DNA of 64,000 nt, from assembly GCA_964291395.2 (NCBI GenBank), contig OZ219858.1, forward strand, positions 512,001 through 576,000, written 5' to 3'. The stretch is from Alphaproteobacteria bacterium (GTDB lineage: Bacteria; Pseudomonadota; Alphaproteobacteria; UBA2966). Positions 9,284 to 19,574 of this stretch are shown in pieces; position 1 is the first letter of the stretch; each line of letters begins with the position of its first letter. Under the pieces are notes generated by a model, which was given only the letters and a program-made list of their open reading frames with translations, was not told the origin of the DNA and made no database searches. Position numbers and translations under genes: made by a program.

Positions 9284-10597
9284 ATGGCCACCGCATCGGA
9301 TTCACGCCTGGCGGCATCGGAATTCCTCGCAGCAGTGCTCGAGGGGCACGAGCGACTCGACGATGTGCTTGAAAAAGCATTCGCCGAGGGTGGGAGGCAT
9401 GCACAGCTCGATCGCCGCGACCGGGCGTTTGCGCGGCTCCTGGTGTCGACGGTACTTCGCCGTCTCGGCCAGATCGATCGGGCGGTCGACGCGCTATTGG
9501 ACCGCCCCCTCCCCGAACGACTGACACGCGTCAGAAACGCATTGCGGCTGGGCGCCGCCCAACTGCTGTTTCTGGAGACGCCGCCCCACGCCGCGGTAGA
9601 CCGGACGGTAGGCCTCGTCGGACGTAACAGCCCGTTCAAGGGATTGGTAAACGCGGTGCTGAGGCGGCTGTCGCGCGAACGCGACCGGCTTCACCGCGAG
9701 CAAGATCTCGGCCACCTCAACACGCCTCCATGGCTTTGGGCGTCGTGGTGCACAGCGTTCGGCGAGTCGCAGTCCCAGGCGATCGCGAACATACACGCGA
9801 TGGAGCCGCCCCTGGATCTGTCCGTCAAATCGGATGCCGACGAATGGGCGCGTCGATTGAATGCCGAGATCCTTCCGACGGGTTCCCTCAGACGTGCCGG
9901 GGGCGGTCCGATCGAAGACCTTCCCGGCTATTCCGATGGGAATTGGTGGGTCCAAGATGCCGCGGCCGCCGTCCCGGCGCGCATTCTGCTCTCATCACTG
10001 CAGGGCAACCCCGCGGGGGTCAGAATTCTGGACGCCTGCGCGGCGCCCGGCGGCAAGACGGCGCAGTTGGCCGCTGCAGGCGCCGCGGTCGACGCGCTGG
10101 ACGTTTCCGCTTCCCGACTGCGGATATTGCGCACGAACCTGCAACGGCTGGATCTGAAGGCCAGGGTCGTGGAGAGCGACCTTCGCGCCTGGACGCCGGA
10201 CCAACCGTACGAGGCGATTCTGGTCGATGCGCCCTGCACGGCTACAGGAACCGTACGCCGCCATCCGGATATACTGCACTCGCGACAACCGGCCGACGTG
10301 ACGCGCCTGGCAGGGCTGCAGGGCCAACTGCTCCAAGCCGCGGCCGGCATGCTGGCTCCCGGCGGCGTCCTCATCTATTGCATTTGCTCGTTGCAGCCGG
10401 AGGAAGGTACGGAACAGATCGAGCGCGCTCTGTCGTCTCGTCGCGATCTGAAGCGATGGCCAATCGAAGGCGCGGACGTCGCGGGACTCGAGCAATCCGT
10501 TCTGCCGGCAGGGGACGTCCTAACCCTTCCCTGCCACCTGGCCGAGGCCGGGGGAATCGACGGATTCTTCGTCGCACGCCTGACACGAACGGCGTAG
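9284..10597 (+). CDS. rsmB: RsmB/NOP-family RNA m5C methyltransferase with N-terminal NusB-like domain
   Basis: LVNAVLRR, WVQDAAA, LDACAAPGGKT, LVDAPCTATGTVRRHPD, CSLQPEE, DGFFVARL. Confidence 0.88.
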   Translation: MATASDSRLAASEFLAAVLEGHERLDDVLEKAFAEGGRHAQLDRRDRAFARLLVSTVLRRLGQIDRAVDALLDRPLPERLTRVRNALRLGAAQLLFLETPPHAAVDRTVGLVGRNSPFKGLVNAVLRRLSRERDRLHREQDLGHLNTPPWLWASWCTAFGESQSQAIANIHAMEPPLDLSVKSDADEWARRLNAEILPTGSLRRAGGGPIEDLPGYSDGNWWVQDAAAAVPARILLSSLQGNPAGVRILDACAAPGGKTAQLAAAGAAVDALDVSASRLRILRTNLQRLDLKARVVESDLRAWTPDQPYEAILVDAPCTATGTVRRHPDILHSRQPADVTRLAGLQGQLLQAAAGMLAPGGVLIYCICSLQPEEGTEQIERALSSRRDLKRWPIEGADVAGLEQSVLPAGDVLTLPCHLAEAGGIDGFFVARLTRTA

Positions 10598-10647
10598 CCG
10601 TCCCGACTTCTTGCGGCCGTTCGGGTAAGCTGGTAGGACAGCGCGAC

Positions 10648-11316
10648 ATGAAAAAGGACGTGCGGGTGGCCCCTTCAATCCTGGCCAGCGACTTTTCACG
10701 CCTGGGGGAAGAGGTACACGCGGTCAGCAAGGCTGGGGCCGACTTCATTCACATCGATGTCATGGACGGTCATTTCGTGCCCAACATCACGGTGGGGCCG
10801 TCCGTCGTCAAGGCGATCAGAAGTCACAGCGACCTGCCGTTCGACGTTCATCTCATGATCTCTCCGGTCGACCCCTATGTGGAGGCGTTCGCCGAGGCCG
10901 GATCGGATACGCTCACCGCACATCCGGAGGCGGGGCCTCATCTTCATCGCACCATCCAGTTGATCAAGAAGCATGAGTCACGGGCCGGGGTGTCGCTGAA
11001 TCCCTCCACGCCCGCAGAAGCCATCGGGCCGGTCCTCGGTGACGTCGATCTCATCCTGGTGATGAGCGTGAATCCGGGATTCGGCGGCCAGACGTTTCTG
11101 CATAGCTCGCTGGCGAAGATTGCGGCCGTCCGTCGGATGATCGACGCCGGTGACCGCGATATCGATCTCGCGGTGGACGGCGGGATCACCACCGAAACCG
11201 CACCTCTTGTGGCCGAGGCGGGCGCGGACCTGCTGGTCGCCGGCACCGCGGTTTTCCAGGGGGGACCGGAAAAGTACCGGGTGAACATCCAGGCCCTGCG
11301 CGAGAGTGCCCGATAG
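10648..11316 (+). CDS. rpe: Ribulose-phosphate 3-epimerase
   Basis: APSILASDF, HIDVMDGHFVPNITVGP, DVHLMI, MSVNPGFGGQ, VDGGI. Confidence 0.96.
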   Translation: MKKDVRVAPSILASDFSRLGEEVHAVSKAGADFIHIDVMDGHFVPNITVGPSVVKAIRSHSDLPFDVHLMISPVDPYVEAFAEAGSDTLTAHPEAGPHLHRTIQLIKKHESRAGVSLNPSTPAEAIGPVLGDVDLILVMSVNPGFGGQTFLHSSLAKIAAVRRMIDAGDRDIDLAVDGGITTETAPLVAEAGADLLVAGTAVFQGGPEKYRVNIQALRESAR

Positions 11317-11378
11317 ATACCAGGTATGCCGTGTAGTGCGGCGATGGTAGTGAACGGCGAATTGCGGATACGGATTCG

Positions 11379-13025
11379 GTGAGTTCGAGAGGCTCATCAT
11401 CGACCATTGCCGGGCGTCCGGCCCGGTCTCTGATCGAACGGGCATTGGCGACCAAGCTGTACGCTCGGACCCTGCGGGTCGAGGCACCGTCTTCTCTTCG
11501 CTGTCATCCCGTGGATCCCACGCCCGGCGATCCGGATTTCGCGAACGCGCTATTCCAGGGACGGTACGTATTCCTGGGCGAGCAGCAAACGGCCCTTAAC
11601 GAACCTCCCTGGTCTCTCCAGGGAGCGAGTGATACGTGGCAAGCCGAAGTCAACGCGTTCGAGTGGCTTGCCGACTTCCGAGCGACGGAAGCGGAAACGG
11701 CGCGTCTTCGGGCTCGCGAACTCGTAAGGTCCTGGATCGACCTGAACGGTCAATGGCATGCCCTGTCCTGGCGCCCGGACGTCCTGGGTCGGCGCCTCGC
11801 CTCCTGGGCGTGCCACACGGAATACATTTGCCATGGCGCCGACCCGACGTTCCGCCGGGGGTTCCTGGCCAGCTTCTGCGCTCAGGCCCGCCATCTCTCT
11901 CGCGCCACGGGAATTCTGTCGTCCGATTGCTGGGCCCTGCCGGCGACCGTAGGCCGGTTGGTGGCCCAGGCAGCGCTGACGGAAGAAGACGGGCGGCTCT
12001 CGAACGAGCTTCAGGACCTCCAGCGGCTGATCGTCCAGGAAGTGTTGCCCGACGGCACTCACGCGTCCCGAAATCCCGACCAGGCGCTCGCCGCGTTGCG
12101 ACTTCTCCTGATTGTCCGCACCGCTTTGGAAAGCATCGGTCGGGACTCGCCGGACGCCTTGACGGACGCGATCAAGCGGGTCGCCCTCGGCACGAGATCG
12201 TTCCGGCACGGCGACGGGGGCTTCGGCAACTTCAACGGCGGCGCCGAGAACGATCGCGGGTGCATCGACGGCGTTCTCGCTGTTGCAAAGGCGCGCGGCG
12301 CGACGCCGTCGATACTGTCCGACGGCGGATACCACCGGATGTCGGCGGGCAATACATTGGTGTTGTTCGACGTCGGTACGGCCCAGCGCGACACGGCCAC
12401 CACGTGTGCCGGGCTCTTGAGCTTCGAACTCAGCGTGGGCCGCGACCGCGTCATCGTGAACTGCGGTACCCACGGCGGGCCCCGATGGCGCGAGGCGGGT
12501 AGAACAACCGCAGCGCATTCCACCTTGGTCGTCGCCGACACGAACTCCCGTGACATCTCCGGTTCACGCTCCCGGCGCCCCGCGCCACCGACGGTTCAGG
12601 CTCAGCGACGCGAAGACGGCGGCAACGTTTTGGTCGAGGCGAGCCATGACGGTTACGCCGATCGATTCGGTCTGAGGCATGACCGGGCGATCTACATGTC
12701 GCCCGGGGGAGATGACGTGAAAGGAGAGGACGTCATCGCCGCCGCAGGACCGGAAGGAGATCGAGCGCGGCGCTTCGCCCTCCGCTTCCACCTTCATCCG
12801 CAAGTGCACGCCTCCCCGGCGGCCGACGGCGTGACCGTATTGTTGCGGCTGGCGCACGGCGCCGGGATACGCTTTCGGTCCAGTCACGGTGTCGCCCTGG
12901 AGGAGAGCGCTTATCTCGGGGGCGCCGCAGGAGTCCGTGCCACACGGCAAATCGTCATTCACGGTCGCACCAACCCGGATGGGGTCGAGACGGTGAAATG
13001 GGCTATGACGGTGTTTCGGCGCTGA
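11379..13025 (+). CDS. Heparinase II/III family protein
   Basis: F.WL.D, LPDGTHASRNP, RHGDGG...FNGG, LSFELS...RVIVNCG, RTTAAHSTL, SHDGY, LRFHLHP. This family typically neighbours rsmB/purH in Alphaproteobacteria. Confidence 0.82.
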   Translation: MSSRGSSSTIAGRPARSLIERALATKLYARTLRVEAPSSLRCHPVDPTPGDPDFANALFQGRYVFLGEQQTALNEPPWSLQGASDTWQAEVNAFEWLADFRATEAETARLRARELVRSWIDLNGQWHALSWRPDVLGRRLASWACHTEYICHGADPTFRRGFLASFCAQARHLSRATGILSSDCWALPATVGRLVAQAALTEEDGRLSNELQDLQRLIVQEVLPDGTHASRNPDQALAALRLLLIVRTALESIGRDSPDALTDAIKRVALGTRSFRHGDGGFGNFNGGAENDRGCIDGVLAVAKARGATPSILSDGGYHRMSAGNTLVLFDVGTAQRDTATTCAGLLSFELSVGRDRVIVNCGTHGGPRWREAGRTTAAHSTLVVADTNSRDISGSRSRRPAPPTVQAQRREDGGNVLVEASHDGYADRFGLRHDRAIYMSPGGDDVKGEDVIAAAGPEGDRARRFALRFHLHPQVHASPAADGVTVLLRLAHGAGIRFRSSHGVALEESAYLGGAAGVRATRQIVIHGRTNPDGVETVKWAMTVFRR

Positions 13026-13129
13026 CGCAGATTCCCGATCGACAGGAGAGCCCGTCGCCATGGAGGCCGCGATACGGCCCGCCGGGAATTCCAGGGTCGG
13101 CCCCGGGGTCCGGCCCCAATTCGCTCCAG

Positions 13130-14395
13130 CTAGAGCAGCCAGTACCGTATCTCGGCGGGAAACGACAGATCGCGCCACAAACCCTTGATGTCCGCGACGA
13201 GTCCGCCGCCGCCGAGAAACCCTGCGATCGCAATCGCGTCCAGTTCGAGGTAGGCGTCGTGCGGCACGGCACCCACCACGGCTCCGTAGCCGTTGCCCGA
13301 AAGGTCCGGCAAGAGATGCAACCCGTATCGCTCGAAGGCATCCTCGGGCGCCGCCATGCAGTCGTGGACGTCGACCGAATGTCCGCGCGCCCGGAGGCGG
13401 TGCACCAGGTCGATCACCTTGCTGTTCCGGAGATCGGAAACGTTCTCCTTGAACGTCAAACCGAGCACGAGGATGCGGCTCGGCTCGGCAAGGCGGTCGG
13501 CGATGCAGTCGGCGACGAACGCGCCCATGCCGTCGTTGATCCGCCGCCCGGCAAGAATCACTTGCGGATCGTGACCGATCTCCTGAGCGCGATGGGCGAG
13601 GTAGTAGGGAGCGACGCCGACGCAGTGCCCCCCCACGAGGCCGGGTTTGAACGGCAGGAAGTTCCATTTGGTCCCCGCGGTCTCGAGGACGTCGTGGGTG
13701 GAAATGCCAAGTTTGTGGAAGATCTCGGCGATCTCGTTGATGAAGGCGATGTTGATGTCGCGCTGGGCGTTTTCGATCACCTTGGCGGCTTCGGCGGTGC
13801 GAATGTCCCGGGCCCGGAATACGTTTCCATGCGTGACCCGCCCGTAAATCTCGACGAGGCGATCGGCGACCGCGGCGGTCTGGCCCGATACGACCTTCGT
13901 GATGCGCTCTACGGTGTGCTCCTTGTCCCCCGGATTGATGCGCTCGGGCGAGTATCCCAAGAAGAATTCCTCGCCGCACTTCAGGCCGGACGCCTCGGCC
14001 AGCATCGGGCCGCAGACCTCCTCCGTGGCACCCGGGTAGACGGTGCTCTCGAGCACGACGATGTCGCCGCGGGCGAGATGCCGGCCGACCAGCGCGCAAG
14101 CGTCCTTCACGGCGGAAAGGTCGGGAACGTTGTCCTCATCGACGGGACTCGGGACCGTGATGATATGCACCGACGCCCGCGAGATGTCGTCGGCCTCGCC
14201 GGTGAGGTGCAATCCAGGAGAGCCCAGCGCCTCGGGCGCCACTTCCCCCGTCCGGTCAAGCCCTCGGCGGAGTTCGGAGACGCGCGATGGGTCGATGTCG
14301 AATGCGTGGACCGGGAAGTGGCGAGACAACGCGATGGCGAGCGGCAACCCGACGTAGCCCAGGCCGATCACCGAGATCGTTGTATCCGATGCCAT
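13130..14395 (-). CDS. Nucleotide-sugar dehydrogenase (UDP-GlcNAc/GalNAc 6-dehydrogenase, TviB/WbpO type)
   Basis: GLGYVGLPLA, ESTVYPGATEE, YSPERINPGD, AKVIENAQRDINIA, GLVGGHC, GLTFKENVSDLRNS. Confidence 0.92.
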   Translation of the reverse strand: MASDTTISVIGLGYVGLPLAIALSRHFPVHAFDIDPSRVSELRRGLDRTGEVAPEALGSPGLHLTGEADDISRASVHIITVPSPVDEDNVPDLSAVKDACALVGRHLARGDIVVLESTVYPGATEEVCGPMLAEASGLKCGEEFFLGYSPERINPGDKEHTVERITKVVSGQTAAVADRLVEIYGRVTHGNVFRARDIRTAEAAKVIENAQRDINIAFINEIAEIFHKLGISTHDVLETAGTKWNFLPFKPGLVGGHCVGVAPYYLAHRAQEIGHDPQVILAGRRINDGMGAFVADCIADRLAEPSRILVLGLTFKENVSDLRNSKVIDLVHRLRARGHSVDVHDCMAAPEDAFERYGLHLLPDLSGNGYGAVVGAVPHDAYLELDAIAIAGFLGGGGLVADIKGLWRDLSFPAEIRYWLL

Positions 14396-14456
14396 GGTCC
14401 GGCACCGCCCGGTGTTCCGGCGCGGCGATATACCCGACGCGTCGTCGACGTTGCCT

Positions 14457-14999
14457 CTATGCGTGAACCAACGGGTAAGAGCGCTTGACGATCATGGCCA
14501 CGGCCGCCGCGACAGCCGCCTTGATGACGTCACCGGGAATGAAGATCGTCGAACCGGCCAGGGCCTTCCCGAACTCCAGGTTGGCTACCACGGCAAGCCA
14601 TGGAATGCCGATGACGTAGACGACGACCACGCCGCCGATCACGTTGAACAACAGCAAGTTCCAGAAGTTCAGGCGATGCCAATACTTCTCCACGAACCAT
14701 CCAACGACGAACGCAGCGGGTATCCACGAAAGGATGAAGCCCCCGGTGGGACCCAAAATCACGCCGAACCCGCCTTTCCAGCCCGTGAGCAGGGGCAGGC
14801 CAAGCGCCACGAGCACGACGAACAGCAACAAGGACAAGCCACCCCGTTTGGCGCCGAGAATCGAGCCCGCCAACATCACGCCGATGTTTTGCACGATGAT
14901 GGGTGCCGGGACGAACGGCGCCTGAAACGGCGGAAAGACAGCGCATGCCGCGGTGAGCGCGGCGAACAGCGCGACAAAAACCATGTCTCGTGTGGTCAT
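14457..14999 (-). CDS. bioY: Biotin transporter substrate component BioY
   Basis: MTTRDMVFVALFAAL, PAPIIVQNIGVMLAGSILG, GLPLL...GPTGGF, FIPGDVIKA. Confidence 0.92.
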   Translation of the reverse strand: MTTRDMVFVALFAALTAACAVFPPFQAPFVPAPIIVQNIGVMLAGSILGAKRGGLSLLLFVVLVALGLPLLTGWKGGFGVILGPTGGFILSWIPAAFVVGWFVEKYWHRLNFWNLLLFNVIGGVVVVYVIGIPWLAVVANLEFGKALAGSTIFIPGDVIKAAVAAAVAMIVKRSYPLVHA

Positions 15000-15123
15000 G
15001 TTGCCCCCAAGGCGCGATGCGATCCGATTTCGGGAAATGCCGGGGGTGATACCGGCGGGATTGGCGCTTCCCTTATAGTCCGGGCAGGTCCATGGCATCA
15101 ACACCGGGTTGACGCAAGGATTC

Positions 15124-15756
15124 CTAACCTTTCTTTCGCCATACGGGAACGACCGGCTCGGGATCATATCCGCGGGCCTCGATGGCCTCGGAGAGGTCGT
15201 CCGCCATCTTCAAAGTCTTGATGAGGAGCGGCATCAGCAGGGCGATCGCGTTGCGGTCGAGCCCGCGCGCGCGCTGGGCTTCGAGGATTTCCTGAGCTTC
15301 GCGCATCATCATGGGAATGAATCGAATGACCATCGACAGCATCATGCTGGCCTTGGACGGATTGACGCCGACGTGGCGAAGCGGCCGGATGGCCGCTTCG
15401 AGAACGTCGATCATCTCCGTCGGTTTTGTCGTCAGGGTCACCAGCACCGCCAGCAGGAGAAGAACCAGAATCCTGAGGACGGTCTCCAGACCCAACATCC
15501 AATCCGTGATGAATACGTGAAACAGAAAAATGGGGACCAGAAAAATCAGCACGGTCCGCAACTGGCGGAAGGTGTCACGCCAGGGCAGGCGGGCGGCGTG
15601 AAACAGGCCTGCGATGAGCACGAGCTCGGCCGCGTGCACCGGGATGCTGGAGACCATGAAAAGGGCCGCGCTGCCGATCAGGAGGATCGAGAGCTTGACC
15701 GCTGCGGGCACCCGGTGAATGAACGAACCACCCGGAACGTACAGCGAGAGCATCAC
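15124..15756 (-). CDS. bioN: ECF transporter transmembrane component BioN
   Basis: LYVPGGSFIHRVPAAVKL, IRFIP, AQRARG, AIEARG. Confidence 0.9.
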   Translation of the reverse strand: MMLSLYVPGGSFIHRVPAAVKLSILLIGSAALFMVSSIPVHAAELVLIAGLFHAARLPWRDTFRQLRTVLIFLVPIFLFHVFITDWMLGLETVLRILVLLLLAVLVTLTTKPTEMIDVLEAAIRPLRHVGVNPSKASMMLSMVIRFIPMMMREAQEILEAQRARGLDRNAIALLMPLLIKTLKMADDLSEAIEARGYDPEPVVPVWRKKG

Positions 15757-16427
15757 GCCATCGCCTGCGTATAGCGGCGGGTCGCTTCCCGGGGCGGACC
15801 GTCGGCCACGACGCGCCCTTCGTCGAAAACGATGACGCGCTCGAAGTCCTGCAGGTGGTCCAGATCGTGGGTGATCAGTATGACGGGCTGCTCGATCGTG
15901 TGGATGGTGTCGAGGACCAGCTTCTTGTTCCGCAGATCAAGCAGGGTCATGGGCTCGTCGAGCACCACATACCGGGGCTCCATCACCAAAACCGCCGAAA
16001 TCGCCAGCAGTTGCTTTTCGCCGCCCGACAGGAGATGGGCGGCCTGTTCCCGAAGATGAGTCAGTCCGTACTTCGCGAGCACCGTATCGACCTTTTGCGC
16101 GATTTCGTGCTTCGGCAGCTTCAGGTTCTTCAAGCCAAAGGCGATGTCCTCTTCAACCACGGGAAACACGATCTGGTTGTCCGGGTTTTGGAATACGAAA
16201 CCCACCCGCCGCCGGACCGCTTTCACGTCCTCGCGAGTGTCCAGGCCGTCCACGGTGACGGTGCCGTTGTCGGGGATCAGAAGACCGTTCAGCAAGCGCG
16301 CGAAGGTGCTCTTGCCCGATCCGTTGGCACCGATGACCCCGACGCGACGTTCCCGGATGCTCAAGTTGATGCCCGTGAGCACGTCGCGTTCGCCGAAGCG
16401 GTGATTGACGTTGGAAACCTGGATCAT
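15753..16427 (-). CDS. bioM: ECF transporter ATPase BioM
   Basis: Walker A GANGSGKST, FQNPDNQ, LSGGEKQ, Walker B LDEP. Overlaps the bioN start. Confidence 0.9.
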   Translation of the reverse strand: MIQVSNVNHRFGERDVLTGINLSIRERRVGVIGANGSGKSTFARLLNGLLIPDNGTVTVDGLDTREDVKAVRRRVGFVFQNPDNQIVFPVVEEDIAFGLKNLKLPKHEIAQKVDTVLAKYGLTHLREQAAHLLSGGEKQLLAISAVLVMEPRYVVLDEPMTLLDLRNKKLVLDTIHTIEQPVILITHDLDHLQDFERVIVFDEGRVVADGPPREATRRYTQAMA

Positions 16428-16523
16428 GGTGCGCCTTGCTGTCGCCGCCGGCCGCGGTCGGGCGTATGCTAACGATCGACGCCCATACGTGCGACCTCGT
16501 GATCTCTCGAACCCACTGAACAC

Positions 16524-17570
16524 GTGATCGACGGCTATCTCGTCAATTACCTGTTGTTGGCCTTCCTCGTGGCCTACCCGTTATCGCGATTCGCGACGGG
16601 CCGGTTGATTGGAATCCTTCAGCGGCACGCCGTGCTGGACCGCCCGAATGACCGCTCGAGTCACAGACGCCCCGTGCCGCGGGGTGGCGGTCTCGTGGTC
16701 ATCGGATTATTGGTCATAGCCTGGGGCCACTTCGGCGTTCTCGTGCCTGCGGTCGCGCCAAGCCTGTTCACCATTCTCGGTCTCGCCGTCGCGCTCGGCC
16801 TGGTGTCCTGGATCGACGACCTGCACGGCCTTGCCCCCTTTCTGCGGCTCCTGGCTCACGCTGTTGCCGTCATGGGCGGTTTGTGGGCTCTCCCGCCTGG
16901 TGCCGTGTTTCAAGGATTGCTGCCGGCCTGGCTCGAGTCCGCGGCCGTCGTCCTGCTCTGGCTATGGTTCGTCAACCTGTTCAATTTCATGGACGGGATC
17001 GACGGAATCACCGGAGCGCAGACCGTCGCCATCGGTCTCGGCATCGTCTTGGTCGCCGCCTTTGCCAACCTCGGGCCCGACATCGCGTTGTACGGTGCCA
17101 CGCTGGCGGCGGTGACACTCGGTTTTCTGCGCTGGAACTGGCAACCCGCCAGGATTTTTCTGGGCGACGTCGGCAGCGTTCCGCTGGGCTATATGATCGG
17201 ATGGGTATTGCTGACCATGGCTGCGGAAGGGGAATGGGTGTCCGCGATTATTCTTCCCCTGTACTACCTCGCCGATGCCACGATCACGTTGTTTCGGCGC
17301 CTGTTGCGCGGTGAAAAGGTCTGGCGAGCGCATCGGTCGCATTTCTACCAACTCGCCACCCGAGCCAGCGGTACACACGCGGGGGCGGTTCGCCGAATCA
17401 ACGCCACGAACGTGGCCCTGGTGTTGCTGGCGACCCTGGCCGCCGCGAATCCCGATGCCGCGTCCCTGCTTCTGTCGTTCGCCGTCGCGGTGGTCGCCCT
17501 GCTGCTCTGGTTGCTTGCCGCCCGTCCCATCGCGGCGCCCAACTCCGACATGCCATCTGACGGGGATTAG
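16524..17570 (+). CDS. MraY/WecA-like polyprenyl-phosphate sugar-1-phosphate transferase (WbpL type)
   Basis: DRPNDRSSH..PVPRGGG, WIDD, NLFNFMDGIDG, IFLGDVGS, AHRSHFYQ. Confidence 0.9.
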   Translation: MIDGYLVNYLLLAFLVAYPLSRFATGRLIGILQRHAVLDRPNDRSSHRRPVPRGGGLVVIGLLVIAWGHFGVLVPAVAPSLFTILGLAVALGLVSWIDDLHGLAPFLRLLAHAVAVMGGLWALPPGAVFQGLLPAWLESAAVVLLWLWFVNLFNFMDGIDGITGAQTVAIGLGIVLVAAFANLGPDIALYGATLAAVTLGFLRWNWQPARIFLGDVGSVPLGYMIGWVLLTMAAEGEWVSAIILPLYYLADATITLFRRLLRGEKVWRAHRSHFYQLATRASGTHAGAVRRINATNVALVLLATLAAANPDAASLLLSFAVAVVALLLWLLAARPIAAPNSDMPSDGD

Positions 17571-17826
17571 CCTTAGAGCTTCGACCCCCGGATATTCATC
17601 GCCACCCCGCACGATGCCTTGACGGCGCACGCGAGCTTCGAGCCTGCGCTCGCGCTTCGTGATGACGTCCACGGCGCGCCGCAAGAGTTGTTCCCTTCTT
17701 TGGGAAGCACCCTCATCTTCACTATCGTCGGCGCCCTGACGGAACCCTCGCGACCGTGCTATAGCCGGGTCATGCGACCTTCGACCGCATCGCTCGTTCG
17801 ATCGCCTGACAGACACGAGTAGCACC

Positions 17827-19401
17827 ATGATCCGCCGCGCCGTCCTGTCCGTGTCCGACAAATCCGGATTGGAGGAATTCGGAACCTTCCTCGCCAAGCG
17901 CGGCGTCGAGATTCTGTCGACAGGGGGGACCGCGAGGACACTTCGTGACGCCGGAGTGACCGTCGGGGACATCTCGGATTACACCGGGTTTCCCGAAATG
18001 ATGGACGGACGCGTGAAGACGCTGCACCCGAAAGTGCACGGGGGCATCCTCGCGCTGCGGGACGCGGCAAGCCATCGGGACGCCATGGACCGGCATGGAA
18101 TCGCCGCTATCGACCTGGTCGTGGTCAACCTCTATCCCTTCGAGGAAACCGTCGCCAAGGGCGCGCCCTTCGAAGAGTGCGTCGAGAACGTAGATATCGG
18201 CGGGCCCGCCATGATTCGCTCCGCCGCCAAGAATCACGCCCACGTTACGGTCGTTGTCGATCCGAGTGACTATCGGGCCGTCATGGACGACATGGGAGCG
18301 AACGGCGGGGCCGTGGGCGAGGATCTTCGGCGACGCCTCGCGGCCAAAGCCTACGCCCGAACGGGCGCCTACGACGCCGCGATATCGAGCTGGTTCGCCG
18401 GGGAACTTGAAGATCCCTTTCCGGAGCGGCTCGTCATTTCCGGCAAACGCCGGGACGTTCTTCGCTATGGCGAGAACCCGCATCAGGAAGCTGCGTTCTA
18501 TTTTGGCGGCACCCCCCGTCCGGGCATCGCCACGGCGAATCAGATCCAGGGCAAGGCGCTTTCGTTCAACAACCTGAACGACACGGATGCGGCCTACGAA
18601 TTGGTCGCCGAATTCGATCCGGGACAGCACGGCCCTGCGGTTGCCATCATCAAGCACGCGAACCCCTGCGGCGTCGCGCTCGGCGACTCCCTTGCCGACG
18701 CGTACAGAAAGGCGCTGGCGTGCGATCCGGTCAGCGCTTTCGGCGGCATCATCGCCCTCAACGGCGCTCTCGACCGCGAGACGGCGGAAGAGATTTCCGG
18801 GATATTCACGGAAGCCATAATCGCGCCGGATGCCGACAATGCCGCGAGAGAAGTCCTGGCCAGGAAGGGGAATCTGAGGCTCCTGCTGGCCGGATCGCTT
18901 CCCGACCCAACCTCGCGTGGAATGACCGTCCGATCTCTTGCGGGAGGATATCTCGTGCAAACGCGGGATGATCAACTGACCAGCGGTGAGCTCGAGGTCG
19001 TTACCAGGAGGAAGCCGAGCGGTTCGGAAACCTCGGACCTCATCTTCGCGTTCACGGTCGCCAAACACGTCAAATCCAACACGATCGTGTACGCGAAGAA
19101 CGGCGCCACCGTGGGGATCGGAGCGGGACAAATGAGTCGGGTGGACTCCGCGCGTCTGGCCGTGCGCAAAGCCGAAGAGGCGGCGCGCGAAGCCGGGCAC
19201 GCCGAGCCTGCCACCAGGGGATCCGTGGCCGCCTCCGACGCGTTCTTTCCTTTCGCCGACGGGCTGCTGGCAGCCGCCGAGGCCGGTGTGACCGCGGTGA
19301 TCCAGCCGGGCGGCTCGATGCGCGACGATGAAGTGATCGCCGCCGCCGACGAGGCTGGAATCGCGATGGTGTTCGCAGGGCTGCGTCACTTCCGTCACTA
19401 G
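17827..19401 (+). CDS. purH: Bifunctional AICAR transformylase/IMP cyclohydrolase
   Basis: [65 protein letters not shown]. Confidence 0.98.
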   Translation: MIRRAVLSVSDKSGLEEFGTFLAKRGVEILSTGGTARTLRDAGVTVGDISDYTGFPEMMDGRVKTLHPKVHGGILALRDAASHRDAMDRHGIAAIDLVVVNLYPFEETVAKGAPFEECVENVDIGGPAMIRSAAKNHAHVTVVVDPSDYRAVMDDMGANGGAVGEDLRRRLAAKAYARTGAYDAAISSWFAGELEDPFPERLVISGKRRDVLRYGENPHQEAAFYFGGTPRPGIATANQIQGKALSFNNLNDTDAAYELVAEFDPGQHGPAVAIIKHANPCGVALGDSLADAYRKALACDPVSAFGGIIALNGALDRETAEEISGIFTEAIIAPDADNAAREVLARKGNLRLLLAGSLPDPTSRGMTVRSLAGGYLVQTRDDQLTSGELEVVTRRKPSGSETSDLIFAFTVAKHVKSNTIVYAKNGATVGIGAGQMSRVDSARLAVRKAEEAAREAGHAEPATRGSVAASDAFFPFADGLLAAAEAGVTAVIQPGGSMRDDEVIAAADEAGIAMVFAGLRHFRH

Positions 19402-19430
19402 AACGGTTCCAGCTTGACCGGAACCGCTCT
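19399..19430. repeat. Palindromic REP-like element overlapping the purH stop (copy 2)
   Basis: TAGAACGGTTCC-AGCTTGACC-GGAACCGCTCT hairpin, related to 5116-5154. Confidence 0.55.
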
Positions 19431-19574
19431 CAGCCTCTTTCGTCGCACGTGTCGCCGCTTTCTGGCCTGCCGTAGCCGGGTTCCGCCGTGCCTGTGCGAG
19501 TTCGTGGCTCGCCCGCATCGGCACCCGGTGCGGCCGTGCCCCGGCCGCTGCCATTCAGCGCTCGGAAACCGCGG

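Noticed and set aside
9730-11316. 528-aa ORF as an extended Rpe fusion
   Set aside because: The N-terminal ~306 aa are an Arg/Gly-rich off-frame read of rsmB. The real rpe starts at 10648.
17700-17826. ZMP/ZTP riboswitch upstream of purH
   Set aside because: CGCCTG is present, but the complementary GACTGGCG and the GGGRAG core are missing. A TGCTATAG -10-like element at 17757 leaves too short a leader.
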